Below the pieces are notes generated by a model. That model worked only from the letters and a program-made list of their open reading frames with translations, was not told the DNA's origin and searched no databases. Position numbers and translations under genes: made by a program. 64,000 nucleotides of DNA from the NCBI GenBank assembly GCA_951406725.2, contig OX597828.1:14818001-14882000 (forward strand), written 5' to 3'. Of this stretch, positions 24,527 to 37,105 are shown piece after piece (positions within the stretch are counted from its first letter, which is position 1; every line of letters begins with the position of its first letter). This DNA comes from Octopus vulgaris (taxonomy: Eukaryota).

Positions 24527-27500
24527 CTGCAGAAAGAAAGATAAAGAAAGATAGAACTTAGGCACAGGGCTTAACATCTGGATCTAATATAGAACAATAG
24601 AACTAAGATATTTCATCTCAGCTTTAGTAGGTCATTAAAACAGTGGTCATGTATTTATGTGAAGAGCTTTGCCTGGTGCCTAATCGCATCACACATAAAA
24701 AGCTGGCCTGGAGGTAATAACTTCACCAGCTTCAAAATTAAACTACATGTAAATTACAAAAGAATGCTTTAGAATATTTCAATATTCTTCCATTGGCTTT
24801 AAGCTTTTAGCATTTAAGCTGGGCAAAATATTCTACATGCTTCATGTCCAAAGTGGCCACATCTGACCCTTCATACTTAACCTACAATATCATTCTAAAT
24901 ATAAGCTTTCACATCATCAAAATCTTGAAACTACAGGATAAATCTTAATCCGAAACAATGTGACTAAGTAAGCACTACACTTAACAGAATAATCTGAATG
25001 GTAAAGGGTTAAGGACAGCTTAGTTAGCATTGTCAACCAGGGTTCATATGGCCCTTGGAGTTCCATATGAGACTTTGTTGTAAAAATATATATGCAATAA
25101 GTTGGTTAACCTTTTTGATACCAGATCACCCGAGACCATCTGTGGATCTATGATACAATCTTCCTATTTTAAAGTGAACTAAATTAAAACCTTCCATAAA
25201 AATTTCATTAATTTATGTTCCAAACTCCAGTTCAATAATGATAGCCATTTTACTAATTTCTTCATTATTACCAAAATAAATTAAAACAAAAGGCAGTTTA
25301 CATCTATAGGTGTGGCCATGTGGTAAGAAGCTTGCCTCTCAACCACATGGTTCTGGTTTCAGTCTCAATGCGTGGCACCTAGGGCAAGTGTCTTTTACTA
25401 TAGCCTTTGGCTGACCAAAGCTTGTGAGAGGATCTGATAGATAGAAACCGAAAGAAGCCCATTGTAAGTAAATGTGTGTGTGTGTATGTGTCTACCATCG
25501 CTGATGTTGGTGTGTTGACATCTTCATAACTTAGCAGTTCGGCAAAAGAGCCAGAATAAGTACTAAGGTTTACAAAGAATAAGTCCAGCAGTTGATTTCT
25601 TCAACAAAAACCTAGCATGGCCACAGTCAAATGACTGAAACAAGTAAAATAAAGAATAAAATATTCTAATTTTATACAATTCCTAATAATATTTAATGAC
25701 AAAATAACAGTAGGGTTTTTTTTTCCTTAAATATACATCAAATGGTTATAGAAATCCAGTAGGAATCAAAGGGGTCCATAAAAAAAAAAAATGGTTGAGA
25801 ACCACTGATCAAACCATGCAAACTCATCAATGAGGGTGCCTCTAAGTGGTTTCCCAACCTACTAGAAATAAGCAAAGCCTCTTTCAAATGATAGTTGCCA
25901 GTCTTGAAAAAAAAAACATGACACAACAGATGTAGTCCCACATAAGCAATGCTTGAAACAAAAATGGAATATTCCTGGTTTGACATCTTTCATCATTAAT
26001 AGGTCTTATTCTGTCAGAACAAGACTTGGTGTTTAAAAACAACAGCCACCTTAGGAATTACTAAAACGTACTTCCAAAGAAATTTAGTCCCAAGTAGATT
26101 ATTTTATTTTATATTGGGAAGTTGCAAGTTCAAATCCTGCCACAATATTTTGCTTTTCATTTCCCTGAAGTTGCTTAAATGATTAAGTACCAAAATTGTA
26201 ACGAGGAATTCAGAAGATTAAACCACTGCTATAACAATTAGTCTTACATATATTAATTTTCTCTCTCTCTCTCTCACACACACTATCATCATCATTTAAC
26301 GTCCATCTTCCATGCTGGTATGGGTTGGACATTTTGACAGGAGCTGGTCAGGTAGAAGACTATACCTGGCTACTGTCTGTTTTGGCATGGTTTTTACAGC
26401 TGGATGCTCTTCCTAACACCAGCCACCTCAGAGTGGACCGAGTGCTTTTTATGTGGCACTATGTATGTATGTGTGTGTGTATATATATATATAAATATAT
26501 ATACACAGCCATGGATGTGTAGTGAGAACTTTACTTCCCAACCACATGGTTCCAGATTCAGTTCCATTGCATGGCACCGTGAGCAAGTGTCTTCTGTTAT
26601 AGCCTCAGGCTGACCAATGTTTTGTGAGTGGATTTGGTAAATGGAAACTGTGTTTTTCTTCCCCACACTGAGTGACAACTGATGTTGATTTGTTTACGTC
26701 TCTGTAACTTAGTGGTTTGGCGAAAAGAAAAGACCAATAGAATAAGAGCCAGATTTTAAAAATAAGCATTTGGATTGATTTGCTTGTCTACACCCTTCAA
26801 GGCAGTGGCCCAGAATAGCTGTAGTCCAATGAGTGAAGCAAGATAAAACACACACACACACACAGAGTAGTGCCTACAATTATGTCTGTACCATGATTTC
26901 ATGCTAGTGTCCGGATGGAATATGTACACAACAATCTTCAGTAAACTGTCAGTATGGCTGAAGAAAAAGATAGGCTTTGTGTGTGTGTGTGCATATACAT
27001 AAATATATACATACATGTACGTGTGTGTATGCAAATATACATATATATATATATATATATATATGCACATACATACGTGTGTTTGTATGTGTGTGTATAC
27101 ATGTACATGCAAATATATACACCTACACATATACAAATATTAGTTAAGATTGCTCATTGCATCATTATCTTGCATTTAAGTTTCTTCGATAAAAGTTACT
27201 AATCCCAACAGAACAAATTGTATCATTGTGCTAAAGTGCAGGACAGGAGTGTTGGCAGCAGGGAAGGGTGCTGGCTGAGCTCTTACATAAACAACGAGAA
27301 GTACTGACTGCTTTCAGTCACAACTTATGAAGGATTGGTAAGCAATACTGATCTGAATAATAAATTACTATCTCAAAACATAGCTGTTATTCAACAATAA
27401 AAATAAACAAACTAAAATAGAAAAAAAACAAGAGAATGGTTCAGCAAAAGATATCTTCAACAACTACAAAATCCTGCAACTTTCAAGTCGATATTTTGTG

Positions 27501-28324
27501 GAGTTACTCCACCTTTTAATCAAATTTAAACCTCCAGTAAACACTGTCTTTGATGTTTCTGGATATGTGCAGCTTTGTTATGATTTCAGACTTAATCTCA
27601 ACATTGATTGATATTTACAAACTGTTACTTATATATAATATATATTATATACATGCATACATACAGACACACAAACATACACATACAAAAATATACGTAG
27701 AGACACACAAACATACACACATACATACAAAAATATACATACACATGTAAAGATATACACATAAGAATATACACAGGTTGACATGTATAAACTAGATTTA
27801 TACCTGTGTATCATCACATACAATACTTTTTCTCACAATGCAGAAACTTTCATCACGAATATATATTTACACGTGTTAGATTTTTATGAGTTGAATGCAT
27901 ACATAAGCTTATTGTTCAAACAATGAAAGGATGCCACATGCTTACATTTTAAACAAAGCAGGATGTGTGAAGCGGACTAGAAACACAAGTCCTGTTCATA
28001 TTCGAACTGACAACTTTTTATTGACATCTTAATATCACGACTACAAAACTATGTCTCTCCAATGCAAATCATAAACATCCATAGCAACACACATTGAGCG
28101 TTGAGATTGTTTTCAAATCTAATGCATCTGCAGCTAGTTCGTGCCTCACCCGTGTGACTTGATTTGCATAAGAGGCTCACTTTGCAATCGCCTGGTTTTT
28201 GATTCAGTCCCATAACACAGCACCATGGGCAAGTTTCTTCTACTATACCCCCAGGATGACCAAATTCTTGTGAGTGGATTTGGTAGAGGGGAACTGAGAA
28301 AAGCTTGTTGACTGTGTGTATGTG

Positions 28325-28356
<32 letters not shown>

Positions 28357-31012
28357 CACACATGTATTATGTAAAAGTTTGATTCGGCTTCATGCAACTC
28401 TAAGTTTCATAGTGTCTTTACAAGAACCTAGCTTGTTGGGCTATGAGTGCATGTGTGTCTGCGTGTACGCATGCACACATGTACATGTATGCATGTGCAG
28501 GAGTGTGTGTTATTTACTTATATAAGTTAAGTGAGTTGACATAGTTGATACTTCTTGTTTGTAACATCTTTTACACTTTTTTCCCCTCTTTAAACAATGT
28601 AGCCATCACACAGCAATTAGACCCTTGATGGAATTATTCAGACAGGAATATGGCACAAGTGAGTCCAAAGACACAGGTCCTTGGTATGTGACAGTACAAT
28701 ATTAAAATATAAACACTGTGCCACCAATCACACATACACTTAGACATACATAAGTAGAGAACATTTTATGGCCAAGGGTAATTTGCGTAAATAAAACAAC
28801 TATCAAAGAGAATAGTTTCTAATTTTGGCACAAGGTCAGCAATTTTGTGGGATGGGATCAGCTGATTACAATCAACTCCAGTGCTCAACTGGTACGTATT
28901 TTATGACCTCAAAAAGATGAAACGCAAAGTTGACCTCAGCAGCATTTGAACTTGGAATGTAAAGACACAATATGCTGCTAAAGAATTTGGCCAGCATGCC
29001 AATGATTCCACCCACTTGCCACCTTATCAAAGAGAAATAATGGCATGAATGCAGAAGACATTCCTGACTTTGCTTAACACACTATATGTATAATTTTCAG
29101 TCTCTGGATTCTAGTTCAATTCTGAGATCATAGAGGATAAATTTTTTTTTCAAGCACAGACACATTCACACACACCTTTTGCAGTCAGATGCCCTTCCTA
29201 TAACCAATTACACAATAGTGAAGTACAGGTCAAACTCATTCAGCATCCACACAGATGGAAGCAAAGTAGAGTCATGTATCTTGTTTGGAGATGCTACTAC
29301 ACAATAACTATATACCAATTATTGTTTGGGTAATATAACAACTGCTATGAGGTAAGCATACTATACTTTATATGCTTATGTTAATACAAATGACTGGAAA
29401 ATAGCATTTGCAACATTCATTTATTTTTATGGATTTCAAAACTCTTGAAAAAAAATTGAGATTAAAAAAAAAGGGGTAAAAGCTATAATATGAAGGTGTG
29501 CTACAAATCAAGAAATACCTTATGTTTTTTTTTTTCTTTCTTTTGCAGACATCAAAGATTGTGCACTCTGTACACAGCTGAAGGTTTATAAATAGCTTGC
29601 ACAATAAATAGAGTGCAATCATTCTGGATGTTAGTAGAGGAATGTGTGAAGAGCAGAGAAACAACATCAGTTAAAATGAAAAGGTGTAAGAATTTATGCC
29701 GCTTAACCTTTTGTATCAGGTTACATTAAAAAAGCGAATTTCACCCCTAAAGTGCTTCAGCTCTCATTTCTTTGTGATTGATTTTAAGCCCAGTTTCAAG
29801 TAACCAAAATTTTACACGTTGAATAGACTGTTTGAAGCAAGCAAATTTCTACAGCACAGGTATGCAGCTATATTAATAATGCTGAAGGAAGCTATATTAA
29901 ACTGAAAGCTTTTACCTGAAACTAGCTATCAAATTCCTATAAGCTAATAATTTCTAACTACATCCTAAAATTTTAATTATTGCAATGTTCAATTTCTCTA
30001 ATTTGGAGTCATTTCCTTTACTAATTTTAGCAGAAAAGTGCTCGTGCACACGAGAGAGAGAGATGGCATCTGCATGAAAATATGAGTATTTACAAAATAA
30101 TCATGTGCTCAATGTTTGCTTTAAAAAAAAAGAAAGCAGGGTATAATTTAGTGTATGTGTGCATATGTATATAAATACACACGCACACACTGGATATATA
30201 TATAGGGAGGGGTGTTATATTTTATTAACTATGCCATTAATTCTATCACATGCTTTCATGTTGGTATCCATTTGGATAAATATCCATTTAGATACCAGCA
30301 TGTGACTTTGATATGGACTTTATGATATCACTTCTATATTGCATTTACGTTTTTATTTGAATTCCATTTGGAGAGCATACTCTCTATGCTCTATAGAAAT
30401 GTTCTCTTGGTGAAATAGTTAATGCTAACATTCCTATACACTTTATATCATTTTTGCTCATTATCATCACATCAAGTATATCTTAGAATTATCTTATCTC
30501 TAGTTTGGCGTTTTTTCTTTATTTTTTGCTTATCCTTTTTTATCCTTCCTAAATGCCAAAAAAAAAAAAAAAAGTTTGCAGTAATTGTTCAAAAGTGTTT
30601 TGAATAGAAACCAGAAATGTAATAGGATTATTATCAGTACATTAGAATATAAATTTAATGAGTATATATAAGGCAACTGTGTGTGTAAAATTCTACTCAT
30701 ATTCATGGTATAAAACTACCCAGGAATATTTCAACAGCAGTCAGTTACAAGTGTTGTTTTGACTCAGTATATCTTCTATCTTTCGCTTGCGTTAATCACT
30801 GGACTGCAGCCATGATAGGGCACCACCTTGAGGAATTTTTAGTTGAATGAATTGATCCCAGTTCTTTTCTTTCCTTTTTAATTCTGGTACCTATTCTATC
30901 AACCTCTTTTGCTGAACCACTAAGTTATGGTGACAAACACCAACATCAGCTGTCAAGCAGGGATGGGCGACAAATAAATATATCACACACACACAGGCTT
31001 CTTTCAGTTTCT

Positions 31013-31234
31013 AATTTCTTTATTGCCCACAAGGGGCTAAACATAGAGGGGACAAACAAAGGGATTAAGTCGATTACATCAACCCCAGTATGTAACTGGT
31101 ACTTAATTTATCGACCCTGAAAGGATGAAAGGCAAAGTCGACCTCGGCGGAATTTGAACTAAGAATGTAACGGCAGACGAAATACCGCTAAGCATTTCAT
31201 CCGGCGTGCTAATGTTTCTGCCAGCTCGCTGCCT
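31013..31234 (-). mobile_element. SINE family B (tRNA head + tttcatcctttcggggtcgataaa..taagtaccag central domain, Deu/Nin-like) nested in a family A copy
   Basis: 14-bp TSD ttctttcagtttct at 30999-31012 and 31235-31248. Confidence 0.9.
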
Positions 31235-32299
31235 TTCTTTCAGTTTCTGTCTACCAAATCCACTCGCAAGGATTTGTTTGGCTCAAAACTATAGTAGAAA
31301 ACACTCAAAGTTCCACACTGTAGGACTGAACCCAAAACCATGTGGTTAGGAAGCAAGCTTCTTACCACACAGGGATTTTAATTTTTACAAGGTAGTCATG
31401 TGATTACAAAATTCACTTGGCAACCACATGGTTCTCACTCCAGTCCCACCACATGATACCTTAGGGAAGTACCTAGCACTACAGCTTCAGGCTACCCAAT
31501 GCCTTGTGAGTGAAACTGATAGATCAAAACTGAGAAGCCCTTCATATATATATATATATATACACCCATACTCCTCAGCAGAAGTGCTAAGACCAGTCCC
31601 TCAGGTGGTGATAAACACTCATGGTGGTGCCATGTAAAAGCACCCATGTGATGCCATGTAGAAGTGCCCAGCCCTAGAAACCATGTAAAATCAGACAGGA
31701 ATCTGGTGCAGCTCCCCAGCTTGCCAGTTCTGATCAAACTATCCAACCCATGCCAACATGGACAACAGATGTTAAATGATGATGATGATGATACACACAC
31801 ACACACACACACATACACACACACACACATTTGGCAGTAGATTAATGTCCTACCTAGGTGCTCGAGCACAAACAATGTTTACATTCTCCAGTAAGCAAAA
31901 ATCCCACAATTTCAGTAGTCCCATTGCTTTTGACATATGAGGACCACCAGAGCATCCAGCCATAGAAAAATCTGCTTCAATAAGTTGTATCTAACCCATG
32001 TCATTAAGGAAAAACAAACATAAAACAACGATGATGATGACGATGATGATGGATGCATGTATTTTCAGCTTATTTTAATATTAGCTGAACCAAAACCAAT
32101 ACTTGTAACTTTAGCTATATAAAAAGGTGTCTTACTAAGTGATAAGGATGATATTCCAACAGTCACAGAGGCATTGGAGCCTGGTACTTATCACTGCAAG
32201 TTCATTGTCCCAAAAGTCATCACTCAACAACCAGTGGAATGATGCTGTTAAACTAAAAGCAGCAGTCTTGGTTGCTAAAATTTAGGCCAATTCATTTAA

Positions 32300-32333
<34 letters not shown>

Positions 32334-32771
32334 GTAAAACACTGTCGACTACCAACCAAAGTATGCAATAAATGTGCCCAACTGGTGTAGCATAAACACT
32401 AGTGACATCATTTTAGGCGTTGGTTATTTTACAGGAACTAACATGATGAGAATAATTTTATCACTTGAAATGGATTTGGTGATTTATTTATGCTATGTAC
32501 ATAATATTATATAACTGTAATATATTAGGAATGTTGGTATAAAGTATGTTGCAGGTATTTTCTTTAATTTCTAAACTGAATTGCTTCATGAGATTCTCAA
32601 CAAAACTATTTAGATTACTTACACCAGTCTATTCTATGGTAGAGTAGTTCATTTGAGTACACCAGTAGGAGGTATGTCTCATTAATATCTAGGTATTAAA
32701 TGTGATGTGTTTACTGAATATATTTAACACAGATACAATATCATATATGTTTATGTACATATAGTGGTTAG

Positions 32772-32808
<37 letters not shown>

Positions 32809-34198
32809 GCACACACCCTAGGCAACTATATATATATATAGTTGCCTATAGGGTGTGTACATGTAGTGGCCTATAGTGGTTAGGGTGTGGTAACCACAAT
32901 TCCAAGATTGCAATTTCAGTTTCCTGACTGATTGCGTATGTGTGTGTTGTGTTCTTGAATAAAACACTTCATTTCATACAGTGCCAGTCCACTCAGCTGT
33001 AAATGGGTAACCCTATGACAGGCTGACATTCTGTTCAAGAGGAATGTTATCTTGTCTTGCCTGCCTAGTCAGTGGGGTGACATCATTTGAAAGCTGCAAC
33101 AATACAAAGACAAGTATTGTGGCATGGATTCTACAGCTAAATGTCCTTCCTAATGCCAACCACTTTACAGCATGTACTGGGTGCTTTTTTTTTTGCTTTT
33201 TCTTTTTTTTCATGCTACCAGTACTAGTGAAGTTACCATAAGGCTTGCAAGAATACAAGCTTCAAGGGAGGCAGCTTTATGCTAGGAGATGAGAGATTAA
33301 AGTATGAGAGAAAAGACCACAGCTGAACGAGTTTCTTATTGTAGAGAGGTGTTAAATGACTAACATACTTATTTTAAATACTTTAAAAGCAAACAGTGAA
33401 AGGTTTAAATTACATTAGTATATTTTCATAAAATGACCTCAATCATTTTTATATGAAAATACTTCAAAAGGCACATGAACATCTAACATCAGATGTTCAG
33501 AAACAACTTTAACTTTTTAAAGGAAACCTTGTCTTTAATTAATTAAAAGCACCAGTAATTAAGGTTTATTGTGATTATCCTGATTGACTCGAGCAGACAA
33601 ATCACAGAAGAGTTATAGAACATGCTGGGTAGTACTCAACAGCCAGTCATGAAGGGGTTTCTGATGACTAATTAATTAATTAATTACACAAACTGTGGCC
33701 TACACCAACATCCATCATAACTGGTTTAGTACAATAATGAAACAGTAACATAATTTGTAACGAGATAATTGATTACTACAAATTAATGAATGTACAGAAT
33801 ATTTTAAAGAAATACACTGAGAAACATTTTTTTTTTTTCAAATGTAAACATAATCTGCTTTGGTGAAAGCGACAAAGAATCTGTAACTCAAAATCAGACA
33901 AATATCCCAAGAGACTGTTATTAAAGCACTGAGTTTTACAATTTTCTTGTTAATGCTTATATCCTAGTGAAACACATATATGCATGCTTCCACACAGTAT
34001 GGTATTTGTCTGCCAATATTCCCTTGCTAGTTATTGGTCAAACCAAAAGTTACAGATGAAGAAATCTGCCGAAAGCCTCCGCACCATGGGATTGAACCTA
34101 AAACCACATGTTTGTGAAATTTCTTAACCATACAGCCATTCTTGCACCAATGTTTATATGCACTTCATGCTAACATTCCCCTACCAAACCTGTAACAT

Positions 34199-34199
<1 letters not shown>

Positions 34200-34284
<85 letters not shown>
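34200..34284. repeat. Perfect (TG)~42 microsatellite
   Basis: Directly visible. Confidence 0.98.
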
Positions 34285-34286
<2 letters not shown>

Positions 34287-35850
34287 TGCATGCACACACA
34301 CAATCTTTAAAACAGGAAAACATGAAAATAAATACTTCAGACAAGATTACATTTCAAGCTGGATTAAAGTGAGGACCACAGCTCATACATATTAAATTGG
34401 AGTAAATATATCTAATATTTAAACATAAGCTATTTTGTTTTTCTATTCATTTCCTTTTAAACAAAACACATCTTGGACTGTGGTTCTTATTCAACTACAA
34501 TTACTACATATAAAAGCACTAAAACATTATACGGACACTATCTGGATGATGAGGTAGTCATCAGTAGAGCAGGGAAAAAGATGATGTTATTAGTAAAAAG
34601 CACATTTCACATCAAACATGGCCCATTTGGTCTCAAGGGGACTGAGGAATATAACTTCATGCAGTTGAATATGTTATCTAACCCCAGATTAACTATACCC
34701 CCTTGACTGAAAATTTTCTAACTAATCATCCACTATCCCTGATTCTGTTGGTTATGACAAAGTTTTCCAGTTAATACGATCGACTAAACCTGTTCACGAA
34801 ATTAACGTGCAAGTGGCTGAGCACTCCACAAACTCATGTACCCTTAACATAGTTCTCAGGGAGATTCAGTATGACACAAAATGTGACAAGGCTGGCCCTT
34901 TGAAATACACGTGTAACTCATTTTTGCCAACTGAGTGGAATGGAGCAACGTGAAATAAAGTGTCTTGCTCAAGGATACAAGCCACCAACTAGTCAAGAGC
35001 TAAATACTCTAACCACTGAGCCTGTGCCTTCACCCCGAAGCCATATACCTTCCCGTACTGTGTATTGAGAGCTACATTATCTCAATAAGGCCAACATGAT
35101 ATGAGGGGGTTTTAACTACCCTGTAGAAACTCCCTCAATTAGCTTCTGTTTATGAGGAGGAACTAATGGTTCTCCAAAACCAATCTGTAAAAAGAAAATA
35201 AACCTGGCACTCTGAGCAAGTGAAACACTCATCAGTTTCACAGTGCTGCAGCTGCTTAGTGACATCCTGATTCTATACTGCTTATTTGCAACTAAGTGAA
35301 CTGAACCATTTGAGACTTATGTGCCTCAATCACAGATTACAGAATGCTAGTGACATAGAGGCATTTCTTTCATGTATTTTAGTGCTGTGGGAATTCCCAG
35401 CCTTTTTTTATTTTATTTATTTATTTATTTTTACTTTTTTTTAGCTGGTCAATACTTTTCATGTTGAACATATATATTGCCACTCTAATATTCCAATAAC
35501 ATTTGAGAAATGAAAAGCTGCATTAGATAAAAGGCTGTAGATAGTTTATCATACTACCTCGAGTTTAAATTATATATCTTTCTTTCTCGTGTGTGTGTGT
35601 GTGGTGCTATTTTAGATCCAGGTTCCATGCTAACAAGGGTTGGAGGAATTGAGAGGATTGGATGAGCCCAAGGACTGAAACATGCTCCAGGGCCTACTTT
35701 GGTATGGTTTCTATGGTCAGATGCCTTCCTAACACTAACCACTTTAACCCTTTTGATACCAAGCTGTCTGAGACTATGAACTTCAAGGGACAGCTTTATG
35801 CGCAGAGATGAGCGATACAAGTATGAGAGAAGAGACCTGAGCAAAGTAAG

Positions 35851-35892
<42 letters not shown>

Positions 35893-35896
<4 letters not shown>

Positions 35897-36091
35897 ACCA
35901 CGTGTGTACCGTTGGCGATTTTTTTCCCTCCGCCTTCCCTTCTTTGGATCTTTCTTTTTCCTATGTTTCTGACGAAGAGCCCCACTCGAAACGTTATACC
36001 CTCCTTCTTTCCCGAGCGTCCAATAATACTATACTTGTTCCACGTCCTCGCGTTGTTGTGTTTTCTCTTTGTTTTTCATGTTTGGATTAAC
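35893..36091 (+). mobile_element. ~200 bp pyrimidine-rich hammerhead-bearing element (Penelope pLTR/retrozyme-like) inserted in (TA)n
   Basis: Bounded by (TA)n on both sides, retains many CpGs, contains the hammerhead motif, and has a related copy at ~52205-52400 on the minus strand. Confidence 0.55.
35965..35999 (+). ncRNA. Minimal type-I hammerhead ribozyme motif (Penelope/retrozyme type)
   Basis: gttt-CTGACGA-a-gag(cccca)ctc-GAAA-cgtt-atac. Both catalytic core boxes are intact, helix II is 3 bp, helix III is the palindrome AACGTT, and helix I is gttt/atac with one mismatch. Confidence 0.65.
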
Positions 36092-36914
36092 TATATATAT
36101 ATATATATACACACACACACATACAACAAGCTTCTTTCTGTTTCCATCTACCACATCCACTCACAAGGCTTTGGTTAGCCTGATTCTATAATAGAAGACA
36201 CTTGCCTAAGGTGCCATGCAGTGGGACAGAACCTGGAACCATATGACTGGGAAATGCAACGCTAACTTATTTGCTGGTAATCCAGTACATTTGAACTGGG
36301 CAAGCATGCCAGTTGGTAGAATATCTCAGTTGCTCAAACTGCTAAAGGTAGCAGCTAAATGTCCTTCAAATCAAGAAAGATGAGGGAGGACACATTAGAA
36401 AACATAGGCCTGGATACATAAAAAGGTGAGACGGTCACAGATGGAAAGTCATTGATCGTAGCTCTGACCAAAACTGACCTGACACTGACTGAACAGCAAC
36501 AGGTGAGCAGAGCAAAGTAAATGCTACAGTAATAGCAATAATGAAGATATTCGAAGTGACGGCAATTCTTGCTGGCCAAAATAATCAAATAAAGAAATCA
36601 GTACCAAGTATCATTGCCTGACAAATCAATATCTACAATACATGTAGTTTTAGATTTACTTCTTCAGTTTTTTTTTATTATTTATTTATTTAGCCTTACT
36701 ATGATTTGGTGGTGCAGAGCATTGGTTTTTTCTTTTGTTTTTTTTTTAATTCAGATATTTGTCTATTACTGAAGCAATTCTCTCAATCTCTTTTCCCCCA
36801 TCACCACTGCTGTATATCATTGCTACATCTATTTAGCGACCTACTCAACATTGAGATATGCCAAGCAATCATCCTACCACTGACCTAATGACACAGCCAC
36901 CATGTAGTGGCCAC

Positions 36915-37105
36915 TGAAGCAACTAGAAACAGCAGCCAGATCTCAGTCAAATCACACCTGTTCATCTCAAATTTGGATGAAAGGAAAATGCACTGGACAT
37001 TATAGTTTCCGATAAACAAAAGGGACAGGATGGAAACAACCAGAATGCATTCAATCATAGCTAAGTTTCTTCAATTAGGGATGACCGGGACTAAGCAACA
37101 ACAAC
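36915..37105 (+). mobile_element. Family D dispersed repeat (ctagaaatagcagccaaatctccctcaaatcacacc ... gggctaaacaacaacaac), probable old SINE 3' part
   Basis: More than ten diverged copies, e.g. ~18240-18400, 36330-36500, 42920-43090, 51500-51670 and 53630-54000 (+); 50290-50470, 55070-55320 and 59885-60290 (-). Confidence 0.7.

Noticed and set aside
24114-24577. Overlapping 146/84/95-aa ORFs with poly-L/A/S
   Set aside because: Explained by the CTG/CAG tract; no recognisable protein. A non-coding exon is more plausible.
33661-33700. CTGATGA motif
   Set aside because: No downstream GAAA box or pairing helices, so it is not a hammerhead.
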